Shown: positions 1 through 9,024 of the stretch, piece after piece
Numbering within the stretch: the first letter of the stretch is position 1
Layout of the letters: the number at the start of each line of letters is the position of its first letter
Made by a program: the position numbers and the translations under genes
Assembly: GCA_021294815.2 (NCBI GenBank)
Contig: CP095464.1
Span: 450,001-482,000, forward strand
Direction: 5' to 3'
Length of the DNA stretch: 32,000 nt
Source of the DNA: Verrucomicrobiota bacterium
GTDB lineage: Bacteria > Verrucomicrobiota > Verrucomicrobiia > Opitutales > LL51
Notes under the pieces: model-generated
Databases searched by the model: none
Told to the model about the DNA's origin: nothing
What the model saw: the letters and a program-made list of their open reading frames with translations, nothing else

Positions 1-1
1 T

Positions 2-868
2 TCGGCCAAACACGTTCAAGAGTCGATCGATCGCGCAGCAAATCTCGTCCAAAAAATGCTCCAACATAAGGGCGAGCTCACCGGAGTTGCTTCCGGCTTT
101 ATTGACTTAGATAAGCTGACGTTTGGTTTCCATCCGAGCGAGATGATTGTTTTAGCGGCTCGGCCTTCGATGGGAAAGACCAGTTTGGCATTAAATATCG
201 CTGAAAATGCTGCGTTAGCGAATACGCCCGTTCCAACCTTGTTCTTTAGTCTGGAGATGTCTGCGGAACAACTCGCAATGCGGTTAATTTGTAGTCGTGC
301 CGGTATTGATACCGAAAAGCTCCGGAATGGGTTTGTGCCAAAATCTGAGTTAACGGCGCTTAGTGCCGCCGCGAGTGCGTTTAAAAAAGCCCCGCTCTGG
401 ATCGATGAATCCAGTAACCTTTCGGTCACCGAAATGCGCGCAAAAGCCCGGAGGATGTATAATAAACACAAACTCGGCCTGATTGTCATCGATTATCTCC
501 AATTGCTCTCAAGCCCCGATCCACGAACCCCGCGTGAACAACAAATTGCTGAAATCTCCCGGGGCGTTAAAGCGATGGCCAAAGAGTTATCCCTCCCGGT
601 GATTGTTCTGAGTCAGTTGAACCGTGCTTCTGAAAAAGAAAATCGGGCCCCAAGATTATCCGATCTAAGAGAATCCGGATCAATCGAACAGGATGCGGAT
701 GTGGTGTTAATGCTCTCAAAACATCGCGAAGGTGAAGAGAATAGCGAAGTTTCACTTGATCTTCTCGCGCGAGACCTCATTATCGCCAAGCAGCGGAATG
801 GCCCAACAGGCGTTGTGCCACTTGCATTTAGGAAAACTTTAACTCGATTTGAAAACTATGCCCAGTAA
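2..868 (+). CDS. dnaB: Replicative DNA helicase DnaB, C-terminal RecA-like ATPase domain (5' end outside window)
   Basis: The frame is open from the window edge to TAA 866-868. It carries Walker A 'ARPSMGKTSLAL', Walker B-like 'LIVIDYLQLL', and 'SQLNRASE' and 'ESGSIEQDADVV' motifs typical of the DnaB C-terminal domain. Confidence 0.9.
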   Translation, partial: SAKHVQESIDRAANLVQKMLQHKGELTGVASGFIDLDKLTFGFHPSEMIVLAARPSMGKTSLALNIAENAALANTPVPTLFFSLEMSAEQLAMRLICSRAGIDTEKLRNGFVPKSELTALSAAASAFKKAPLWIDESSNLSVTEMRAKARRMYNKHKLGLIVIDYLQLLSSPDPRTPREQQIAEISRGVKAMAKELSLPVIVLSQLNRASEKENRAPRLSDLRESGSIEQDADVVLMLSKHREGEENSEVSLDLLARDLIIAKQRNGPTGVVPLAFRKTLTRFENYAQ

Positions 869-3485
869 ATTTGTATGCCGCGCTTCGTTGCTCGGTTTGC
901 TTTGTTGTCCCCCATCGCTCACAACTGTTTTTGGTGAGGATCTAGAGGAATCAACGGCACCTATTGCCGAAAATACAACAGAAAATTCCGAAGCAATCGC
1001 TCTCGATACAACTTCATCGCAGGAGGTCTCTACCTCCGAAGAATCGGAATCGTCAAAGATCGTTTCAGAGGGAAATACCTCGATTGTAGAGGATGGAAGC
1101 TCAGTGGAAACTTCCGAGGCGCTTTACCATAATAGCGTAGCTCAGGATGAAGCCGAAACTCCCGTCAACAGTCTCGGGACTTACGGGAAGCGCGAACAGT
1201 CGAAAAACTTCCCTGTCGCAAAAATCGAGATCCGCTCCGACGGAGAATTGGTTAGGGACGAAGCCTTTATTCGTTCCCATATCCGCTTTACCGAGGGAGA
1301 AGCTTTCGATCCCTTCGCTGCAAACGACGCGATCCACTCGCTTTATGCTGTAGGGATGTTCGACGATATCGAAATTACGGCGACGAAAAATAAGGATTTG
1401 TCGCTCAACGTCTTTGTCAACGTCAAGACGCGCCCGAGAATCGCCAACGTCAAATTTCCTTTTGAGAAAATCGGTAAGAAGAAAGTGCGCAAGGAGCTCA
1501 AAACGGTCGCAGGTCATTATCTGAACCGCGCGAACCTTAATGAAGACGTCCTCATGATCTACCGGTATTACCAGATGAACGGCTTCCCAAAACCGCAGGT
1601 CGATGCCCGCATCGAGCCGCTTGAGGATGGTCGCGTCGACGTTTGCTTTGATATCACACCAACAGATGCAATCCGCATTGCCCGCGTCCAATTCCATAAC
1701 TTTGGCGATATCGATACCGACCTCGTCCAAAAGAGTATGGCTCTGAAGCGTTGGGACCGGAACTTCTTTTCCTTCTTTACGAAAAAAGGTAACTTTGCGG
1801 ACCTCTACCTCGATCACGATAAGGAGGTCCTTGTCAATGCAATACGGGACGCTGGGTACCTCGATGGTAAACTCACGCGCGCGGAATTTGTAACCGAAGG
1901 CGAGCAACGTGGATCCCTCATCTTTGATGCCGACCTCGGAGAACGCTACTACGTCGGCGACATTAAACTAACCGGCGCAACGCTCTATGATCCAGAGGTT
2001 CTTATGGAATGTGCGCACCTCAAGACCGGGGATGCGTTCGGTCAAGCCGCTGTCCGCCAAGCTGCAGAAAATATCCAGGATTACTACCGCTCCCGAGGGT
2101 ATGTTAACACGATCGTTGAGGCAGAAGAACACCCGACTTTCCGCGATAACATTATCGACTTGGTGCTAACGATTCACGAATCCTCGCTCTATCATCTCAG
2201 CGCGATCACAATTAAGGGCAATTACAAGACCAAGGATAAGGTGCTGCTCCGCGAATTTACGCTCGAGCCCGGCGATACGTTTAACTATACCGCGATGCAA
2301 ATTGGCGAAATGCGCCTCCATAACACGGGGTATTTTAAAAAGGTCGACGTCAATGCCGCCGATAGCGATAATCCACATGAGAAGGGCATCGAAATTAATA
2401 TTGAGGAAGCCGATACGGGTAAAATTAGCGGCGGTATCGCAGTCAGTGCGCGAAAGAGCCAGGTCGTTTTCATCTCGCTGGAGCAGTCGAACTTCGATCT
2501 TTTTGGCCCTAATTTCCAAGGTGGCGGACAAAAACTCTTTACAAAACTTCAGCTCGGTACCCGTGAAAACGAGGCCGTGTTCTCATTTGAAGAGCCCTAC
2601 CTCTTCGATAAGGAGCTTGCTTTCGGAACAGAAGTTACCGGCGGTAAGACGAAGTACCGCAAAGACGACTCAAACTTTAGCGGTTCGACCTACGATGAGA
2701 ATTACTTCGAATTCGAGCCTTACTTCCGTAAGCGACTTTTCGACCCTTGGATCGGACGTTTAGCGTATAACTTCAAGCTCTCTAAAATTACGAGCTTAGG
2801 CGATACTGCCGTTCAGCCCCTTAAAGATGAGGCGGCGCAGGGACGTCGGACAGCGTCAGGACTCAAATTCTCGATCTACCGCGACTCACGTGATGATTTA
2901 CTCTTCCCACGCACAGGATCACGTGTCGAGTTTCAAACCCATTTTTATGGCCTCGGTGGGCGTACGAAATTTACCCGCCTCGAAGCAACGGCAACCCAGT
3001 ACTTTTGGGTATCAGAAAAATACGACCATACGCTTGCATTTACCGGAAGCGTTGGGAGCATTATCCCTTTCCATCACCGGCAAACACCCTACTCCGAGCG
3101 ATACTTTCTCGGTGGCCAGTCGATGATGCGTGGCTTTGAGGGCCGCCAGATCTCCCCCAAAGAAGAATCTTTTGCATTCAAAGACGGCAAAAAAGAAACC
3201 CGTTATGGTGATCCTGTTGGCGGTAACTCTTTCTGCTACGGCGCTGCAGAGTACACCTTTGCGCTCTTTGAACCCTTCTTTGGCGCAGCATTTATCGAAG
3301 CCGGATCGGCAAATGAAAAGAAGTTTGATAACTTTAAGAACATCAACGTCGACTGGGGTGTGGGCCTACGGATCTTTATTGGTAAAATGCCGCTTCGCCT
3401 CGACTGGGGCTTCCCAATTCACGCAGCTCGAGGAACAAAAAAAGACGGCGTTCAGTTTAACTTCTCGTTCGGCGCCTCGTTCTAA
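858..3485 (+). CDS. bamA: Outer membrane protein assembly factor BamA (Omp85 family)
   Basis: Signal peptide (MPSKFVCRASLLGLLCC...), POTRA-like region, conserved loop-6 RGF motif ('GGQSMMRGFEG') and a C-terminal beta-signal ending ...FNFSFGASF. The start is ambiguous (TTG 849 or ATG 858) and overlaps the dnaB stop. Confidence 0.85.
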   Translation: MPSKFVCRASLLGLLCCPPSLTTVFGEDLEESTAPIAENTTENSEAIALDTTSSQEVSTSEESESSKIVSEGNTSIVEDGSSVETSEALYHNSVAQDEAETPVNSLGTYGKREQSKNFPVAKIEIRSDGELVRDEAFIRSHIRFTEGEAFDPFAANDAIHSLYAVGMFDDIEITATKNKDLSLNVFVNVKTRPRIANVKFPFEKIGKKKVRKELKTVAGHYLNRANLNEDVLMIYRYYQMNGFPKPQVDARIEPLEDGRVDVCFDITPTDAIRIARVQFHNFGDIDTDLVQKSMALKRWDRNFFSFFTKKGNFADLYLDHDKEVLVNAIRDAGYLDGKLTRAEFVTEGEQRGSLIFDADLGERYYVGDIKLTGATLYDPEVLMECAHLKTGDAFGQAAVRQAAENIQDYYRSRGYVNTIVEAEEHPTFRDNIIDLVLTIHESSLYHLSAITIKGNYKTKDKVLLREFTLEPGDTFNYTAMQIGEMRLHNTGYFKKVDVNAADSDNPHEKGIEINIEEADTGKISGGIAVSARKSQVVFISLEQSNFDLFGPNFQGGGQKLFTKLQLGTRENEAVFSFEEPYLFDKELAFGTEVTGGKTKYRKDDSNFSGSTYDENYFEFEPYFRKRLFDPWIGRLAYNFKLSKITSLGDTAVQPLKDEAAQGRRTASGLKFSIYRDSRDDLLFPRTGSRVEFQTHFYGLGGRTKFTRLEATATQYFWVSEKYDHTLAFTGSVGSIIPFHHRQTPYSERYFLGGQSMMRGFEGRQISPKEESFAFKDGKKETRYGDPVGGNSFCYGAAEYTFALFEPFFGAAFIEAGSANEKKFDNFKNINVDWGVGLRIFIGKMPLRLDWGFPIHAARGTKKDGVQFNFSFGASF

Positions 3486-3565
3486 AAATTTTTGATTAAT
3501 TTTTTATTTTTAAGCTTGACCTCCCGAGGCGGAAAAAATACCTTCCACTTCAGGAGGGAGAGGAT

Positions 3566-4180
3566 ATGGTTTCTAAGCTCATTCGGGATATCGTTGTTAG
3601 TCTTCTTTTCGTCGGTGTTTTTTTTGGAACATCGGCTCTAGCATCCTCAAGGAGAGAAATACGAAGAACTGCTAGTCAGGGAAACACTCCGTCCTTATTA
3701 CAGAATAAAAAGATCGGCGAAGAAGTTGAACATAATCTCGCTAATACGCTGAGACGATTAGTTACCGATAGCAACTGGGATGGCGTTAAGGAGTTTCTTG
3801 GTTTTGTTCAAAATCATGGGTTAGATCGTACAGAAACCTCCGTTCCCGAAATTTTAAGAGATGTTTGCGGCCCGGGTATTTCGGAACCCCAGCAATGCAA
3901 GCTGCTCACAAAGGCCTTCCGTAGCGAGCCTGTTCATGTCAATGTTATTCGCGCATTGCTCGACAATGGTGAAGCTTTAAATGGTTCTAATCCGGAGATT
4001 TTCGGGGCTGCAAAAGGAATTTTTCTTCAACTACCTCTCGAGCGACAGAGTAAACTTTTGCGGAGCTATGAAAAGTTTGAGGATTGTAAAACATTCCTCT
4101 CCGCAGTCACACCAGATACCGATACTCCGCCGATTTATCAAATGCGGGCACCGAAAGTCGCCGCACTCGGAGATATGTAA
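3566..4180 (+). CDS. Hypothetical secreted protein (204 aa)
   Basis: Strong SD (GGAGGGAGAGG) lies just upstream of the ATG. N-terminal signal-like segment IVVSLLFVGVFFGTSALASS. GC is lower than in the neighbours. I recognise no family motif. Confidence 0.6.
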   Translation: MVSKLIRDIVVSLLFVGVFFGTSALASSRREIRRTASQGNTPSLLQNKKIGEEVEHNLANTLRRLVTDSNWDGVKEFLGFVQNHGLDRTETSVPEILRDVCGPGISEPQQCKLLTKAFRSEPVHVNVIRALLDNGEALNGSNPEIFGAAKGIFLQLPLERQSKLLRSYEKFEDCKTFLSAVTPDTDTPPIYQMRAPKVAALGDM

Positions 4181-4261
4181 TTTCTAGGTTTCTTTTTCAT
4201 ATTTTTTCTTTTTCGTATCAAAAAGCTAGGTGGCAGAGGAGCAATCTTCTGCCTTTATATT

Positions 4262-5968
4262 TCAATCGTTCAGCAAATCGCGGCGTAGAAGCCAGCGCGC
4301 AACGTCGCAAAAGATCGGGAACGCGACCTTAGAGCCATAGGCCGTCGATCCTGAAGCCAACCGCGCGTCGTCGATAACCACTGTTACCAAGTACTTTGGA
4401 GCCTCTGCAGGGAAAAATCCCGAACAAGAAGAAATATGGTGCGACTGCGAATATGCGCCATGAACCAATTTCTGCGTCGTCCCGGTCTTATACGCCAATC
4501 GCACACCATCGATCTCCGAAGGCTTCGCATCGGGGTGGTAGAGAATATCCCGCAGTTGGCGGACCGTATCCGATGTTAACACGCTACGGCGGACGCGTGG
4601 ATCCGTCTTCATAACGACCTCCCCTTTCGTGTTCAAAACTTTCTGGACGATCTGCGGCGATAAGAGATATCCCCCACTGGCAATGACCCCCATTGCACAA
4701 TGAACCTGAAGGGCCGTCGCACTCACTGCATGCCCCATAGGTAAGCGCGTGATTGTAAGGCCGTCCCAATACTTTGGGCTACGGAGAATCCCCGCTACCT
4801 CGCCATCGAAACCGTAGCCCGTCTTTTCGCCAAAACCAAAGGCCCGTGCAGCATCATAAAGCGCATTGGCGCCGAGACGAATACCGATCTGTGCTGCCCC
4901 ACGGTTACTGGATTTGCGCAACACATCGATGGCACTGAGCTTACCCAAAGCGGTATGGTCTTTTGGTAAAGTATAAGTCTTTCCCTGCCAGGTAAAGTTC
5001 GTGGAGGTACAATCAAACGCGTCATACAGCGAAATCACCCGATCCTGGAGCGCCACGCTAAAAGGTACAATTTTAAACACTGACCCTGGCTCATAGGTGT
5101 CCGTCACCGCGCAATTGCGGAGATTCGCCACGTCTGCTTTCATGTAGTGTTCTCCCTCAAAGGTCGGGTAATTGCACATTACCAAAAGGTCGCCATTAGT
5201 GGGATCGCTGACGAGAACTGTGCCGCGTTGCGCGTGGAATCTCTCGACCGCTTCTGACAATATACGTTCTATGGCGCTATGAAACCGAATATCGATCGTT
5301 AACTGAATATCCGAACCATGCTGAGGTAAGACGTCGATTTCGCGAAATAACGGCAGCTCCTGGCGCCGGCCATCGCGCTTTGACTCCATCCCACCGTCCT
5401 GTCCGCGCAGAAAAGGATCCATGAAGGCCTCGATGCCGCTCACAGCTATCCCCTCCTTGTTGACGAAACCTATGACATGGCTCGCAAGCGCACCATTGGG
5501 GTAGTAACGTTGCGCCGAGGTGATGCCGTAAATGCCCTTGATTTTGAGCGCTAGCACCTGTTCATACGCATCAAGCTCTGTCATTTCCGTAATCTTTTTC
5601 CAACGGATATGACGGACCTTATTGTCGACGATTCGAGATTCACGTGTCCAAAATTTTTTGAGATCCTCCTCAGAAATTTTTAAAATCTCTGAGAGTTGTG
5701 GTAACTTGGCAAAATCTTGTGTTTCGGCCGCATAGGGATCGATGCCAAGATCAATTTTAGGGACCGTCATCGCCAAAACGGTACCATTACGATCAAGAAT
5801 ACGGCCTCGTGACGCCCGACGGACCTCCCGAACTCGACGCGCCGATTCGAGGTAACCCTGATAATACGATCGATCCAAATACGCCAACTGGACAATCCGA
5901 TACGATAGCCCCGCGAAAAGCCACGCCGAAAGGAGGACGAGCACCAACAATCGCAAAAAGGCCTTCAC
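4262..5968 (-). CDS. Class B penicillin-binding protein / peptidoglycan D,D-transpeptidase (FtsI/PBP2 family)
   Basis: N-terminal TM anchor (LLVLVLLSAWLFAGL) and the transpeptidase triad motifs SxxK 'SVFK', SxN 'SSN' and KTG 'KTGT' in the canonical order. Confidence 0.88.
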   Translation of the reverse strand: MKAFLRLLVLVLLSAWLFAGLSYRIVQLAYLDRSYYQGYLESARRVREVRRASRGRILDRNGTVLAMTVPKIDLGIDPYAAETQDFAKLPQLSEILKISEEDLKKFWTRESRIVDNKVRHIRWKKITEMTELDAYEQVLALKIKGIYGITSAQRYYPNGALASHVIGFVNKEGIAVSGIEAFMDPFLRGQDGGMESKRDGRRQELPLFREIDVLPQHGSDIQLTIDIRFHSAIERILSEAVERFHAQRGTVLVSDPTNGDLLVMCNYPTFEGEHYMKADVANLRNCAVTDTYEPGSVFKIVPFSVALQDRVISLYDAFDCTSTNFTWQGKTYTLPKDHTALGKLSAIDVLRKSSNRGAAQIGIRLGANALYDAARAFGFGEKTGYGFDGEVAGILRSPKYWDGLTITRLPMGHAVSATALQVHCAMGVIASGGYLLSPQIVQKVLNTKGEVVMKTDPRVRRSVLTSDTVRQLRDILYHPDAKPSEIDGVRLAYKTGTTQKLVHGAYSQSHHISSCSGFFPAEAPKYLVTVVIDDARLASGSTAYGSKVAFPIFCDVARWLLRRDLLND

Positions 5969-6019
5969 TCATGCAACCCTAGCGAGTTTCTAGCAAATTT
6001 CGATGTAATTATCGGCGAA

Positions 6020-7084
6020 TTAATGTAAATGTTCAGGAGGCTTCCCGGGATTATCTTCGGCTGCGCGGCGCTCCTCGTCGACGATCCGCTGCGCGATTTT
6101 CTTGAGGTGCATACGGAGCCAACGTGTTGTCGACGAGCCCTCCCGGTAATCCGCCGGACCATAGGCATCGATCCGTCCCGCCGCTAGCATCCGGTCATTC
6201 TGCTCGAACTCCCGCTCGTCTTCGGGATTATAGACCGCAAAAGCCTTACCTCCATGACCTCGAATTACCGAAAATGCCGGGACATCACTCGGACCATCCG
6301 CTATATAGATCATGTTCTGAAACGGTATGCGCCGGACGTCGTTTTCAATCACGGCATTAACATCGATGGCGCGGTTCTTGTTGCAGCCCTTGTTAATCTC
6401 AAACAAACACCGCGTCTTTTGCGTATGATCGACGACACACGCGATCTGTCGAATAACCTTCTTATCTCCCTCTTGCGATTCTACAATGGTTTCAGGCGGA
6501 TCATCCGCTAAAAACTCTTCAAGATTTTCAACCGAATTATAGGCCTTAGACGCACCCGATGAAGAATCTACTAACTCCGTTGCAATCGCTCCAAATTGGA
6601 ATTTTTCCGCAAGCGCGTCAATTTCCCCCTCAAGGAACTCACTCGCAAAAATTGCTTCCATATGTGGCGCAACCTGACTACCTCGGATAATTTCAATATG
6701 TCCGCTACTGACGACATAATGTTCTAGCGAAATGCTGTAAGACCGGAAACATGGATCTTGCTCAACATCATTCCGTAGGAGCGAAAAAATCTCTGGCACC
6801 CCTGGAAAATACGTCAACTGTTGACCGTAGCCTTCGAGGTGCGACTTTGATAATCCCGGTAAGCGACCTTCTTGGACCAACGCGAGGACAAAATTCAAGT
6901 ACGCCAGCGTCCCCGAGAGATAAACTCCTCGACGCTGCATGCGATCCGTGAACTGATTGATCGTCTGCCAGAAAAATCGCTCGTCGATCCCGTATTCTGC
7001 AAACATCGGAACCTGCATATTTCCCGGAATTAACGTTCGATCGAAATCCCAAACACACGCAATAATATGACTGCGCTCTCCCAT
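6020..7084 (-). CDS. HAD-superfamily hydrolase-like protein with large cap insertion
   Basis: N-terminal DxDxT motif 'VWDFDRTLIP' and late acidic motif 'IYIADGPSDVPAF'. It is on the same strand as the PBP gene and 51 nt upstream of it. Confidence 0.6.
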   Translation of the reverse strand: MGERSHIIACVWDFDRTLIPGNMQVPMFAEYGIDERFFWQTINQFTDRMQRRGVYLSGTLAYLNFVLALVQEGRLPGLSKSHLEGYGQQLTYFPGVPEIFSLLRNDVEQDPCFRSYSISLEHYVVSSGHIEIIRGSQVAPHMEAIFASEFLEGEIDALAEKFQFGAIATELVDSSSGASKAYNSVENLEEFLADDPPETIVESQEGDKKVIRQIACVVDHTQKTRCLFEINKGCNKNRAIDVNAVIENDVRRIPFQNMIYIADGPSDVPAFSVIRGHGGKAFAVYNPEDEREFEQNDRMLAAGRIDAYGPADYREGSSTTRWLRMHLKKIAQRIVDEERRAAEDNPGKPPEHLH

Positions 7085-7098
7085 AATCGTTTAAAGCA

Positions 7099-7650
7099 TT
7101 AATGGGCGTAGGTCCTTCGGGATGTGTATTCTTGTGCTTGCGGAGGCTCTTGATAACGCGTTGACCGAAATTCTGTACTATAGACGCCTTCCTTTTTCAA
7201 TTCAACTTCGCGTTGCCGGCGTTCTGCTTCAGCCTGATCCGCTTTCGCCTTGGCGAGCTCCCCTTTTAAACGGGCTTCCTCGGCTTCAAACTTAAGCTGT
7301 TGGAGCCGTTTTTCCTGATCGATACTCTCTTGCCGACTACTTTGACTCCCATGATTCCTTAAATACTCATTCTCTCGTTGGTAGTACCGGGCCTCTTCCT
7401 CGGCCTGAGAGGCACGACTTTTCGCTTCCATCTGCTTACGCCCAATGGAGTGCCCCACCGCACCACCACCGAGTCCGCCTAAAACACCGCCTAACGCAGC
7501 GCCACCACGGCCGCCAACGGCATGCCCTAACAATGCACCCGTCGCTGCGCCGACACCCGCACCGCCCAGCGTCGACTCCGTCGAATCACATCCACCTAGT
7601 AACACTACAAGCGCCAAAACGACGCCCGTTTTCAGAAAAGGAAACTCCAT
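7099..7650 (-). CDS. Glycine-zipper lipoprotein with C-terminal coiled coil (17-kDa-antigen/YMGG-like)
   Basis: Start chosen at the internal ATG 7650, giving MEFPFLKTGVVLALVVLLGGC with lipobox LLGG|C. A glycine-zipper tract (GGAGVGAATGALLGHAVGGRGGAALGGVLGGLGGGAVG) is followed by an E/R/K-rich helix. The longer ORF reaching 7830 would overlap rnhC. Confidence 0.7.
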   Translation of the reverse strand: MEFPFLKTGVVLALVVLLGGCDSTESTLGGAGVGAATGALLGHAVGGRGGAALGGVLGGLGGGAVGHSIGRKQMEAKSRASQAEEEARYYQRENEYLRNHGSQSSRQESIDQEKRLQQLKFEAEEARLKGELAKAKADQAEAERRQREVELKKEGVYSTEFRSTRYQEPPQAQEYTSRRTYAH

Positions 7651-7717
7651 AACTGACCGCCCAGAGTAGCAAAGTGTCGAGCAAAAGTAAAGCAAAAAAC
7701 GTTTTTCCACGCAGTTT

Positions 7718-8662
7718 TTAGGCTTGCGCCCCGCAAATCTCCCCAAAAGTCTTGAAGTGCGTCTTGCAAAACCGGGCAAGCCCTTCCGTTCCGGAATGCT
7801 CCCATATTTTTTGTCCCTGCTGTTTGACACGACTGCTAGCTCCTTTGAGCAATGGTTCCCCTACCGCTTCAGATAATGCCTCCATCTGCCGCAAATACGC
7901 TGCACGGGCGACAATCGAAGCTGCTGCAACTACTGGATCCCGCTCCGCCCGCGTCTCCATCGCCAAATGAAACTCCGGAAAATTTTTGCGAATCATCGTC
8001 TGTACAATTGGCTGCTTCGAAAATTGGTCCAATAACCCCGTCGCTACGTAACGCCGTTGGAGTGCATTCTTCAACGCACAGCGGTGAAGCCACCCCAGTA
8101 ATCGATTTAAGTTGCGACCGAAACGCACATATAGGGCATTGTACTTTTCCATCGATAGCGACATCACCTCGACAACTACCCCCGCCGTGGAGCGAATTTT
8201 GTCCGCTAACGCGAGCGCCACTTTATCGCTAGTAATCCGCTTGCTATCCCGTACACCCATGGCTTGAAATGCGCGAACCGCGCCATCGCCAGCAATCACA
8301 CACGCCGCAACCACCGGACCGAAAAAATCCCCCTTTCCGCTCTCATCCAAGCCCGCATGCGGTAAAAACCACTCCGGGTGATAGGCTTCATCGTTGCCCT
8401 GAAGTGGCACCAATGTCACCTGAGGTTCGATCGTAAACGTCACAAACTCCGAAGCCCCCTTCCCTTGTAAGACGAGTTTCCCCGATTGGTACTGTACGAG
8501 ATTGAAATCTGGAGCTCTAAAGGCAAACCGCGCATACGGAACCGCGTACAGCTCAAAGCCCCGCTTTTGGCAAATTGCCTGTAACTGTTGCGCTTGTGAT
8601 TCGTTAAGCGTTAACACGATACACGTCGGCGTTTTTTCGGGGATGCTCATTGCGGCCATCAA
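7718..8662 (-). CDS. rnhC: Ribonuclease HIII
   Basis: About 310 aa with an N-terminal extra domain, then the RNase HII/HIII catalytic motif 'GLDESGKGDFFGPVVAA'. Length and architecture fit HIII rather than HII. Confidence 0.8.
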   Translation of the reverse strand: MMAAMSIPEKTPTCIVLTLNESQAQQLQAICQKRGFELYAVPYARFAFRAPDFNLVQYQSGKLVLQGKGASEFVTFTIEPQVTLVPLQGNDEAYHPEWFLPHAGLDESGKGDFFGPVVAACVIAGDGAVRAFQAMGVRDSKRITSDKVALALADKIRSTAGVVVEVMSLSMEKYNALYVRFGRNLNRLLGWLHRCALKNALQRRYVATGLLDQFSKQPIVQTMIRKNFPEFHLAMETRAERDPVVAAASIVARAAYLRQMEALSEAVGEPLLKGASSRVKQQGQKIWEHSGTEGLARFCKTHFKTFGEICGAQA

Positions 8663-8742
8663 ACGATCTCAACGCTTTTTCGCAAGGCTACGCACGCGCT
8701 AAGAATAACTTTATTTTATAAATTCGTCGTATTAATAGGGGG

Positions 8743-8908
8743 TGTGAATATGTGAATAACTATTTGAGAACGGCACAAATTCAGGCGTTTTTAACGACAA
8801 AAATGTGAACAACTCGGTGTATAAAATGGGAGAAAATGTGGATAAATCGCCTTAAAATGGTCTTATTCACGGGTTGTTCTCAGGTTATTCCCAAGAGAGT
8901 GTGAATAA
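8743..8908. promoter_or_regulatory. Cluster of DnaA-box-like 9-mers (candidate oriC / DnaA binding array)
   Basis: TGTGAATAT 8743, TGTGAATAA 8751, TGTGAACAA 8804, TGTGGATAA 8837 (perfect consensus), TTATTCACG 8863 (reverse), TTATTCCCA 8885 (reverse), TGTGAATAA 8900. An AT-rich tract at 8701-8740 is adjacent. Confidence 0.5.
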
Positions 8909-9024
8909 CTTAGAAGCGCCGTGAAATCTTTTCGGAGAATGTGGCGATGTGTCTTGGATAATGCGGCCATTTTTTATGGAAGCGGCCTTGCAGAAACGGA
9001 GAAATGTCTTTTTAAAAGAGAGCT

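Noticed and set aside
1101-1907. 268-aa ORF on the minus strand inside bamA.
   Set aside because: It lies fully antisense to a well-supported BamA reading frame and has no recognisable motifs. It is a typical shadow ORF.
7651-7830. 60-codon N-terminal extension of the glycine-zipper lipoprotein ORF.
   Set aside because: It would overlap the rnhC 3' end by more than 100 nt. The internal ATG 7650 gives a textbook lipoprotein signal peptide (LLGG|C).
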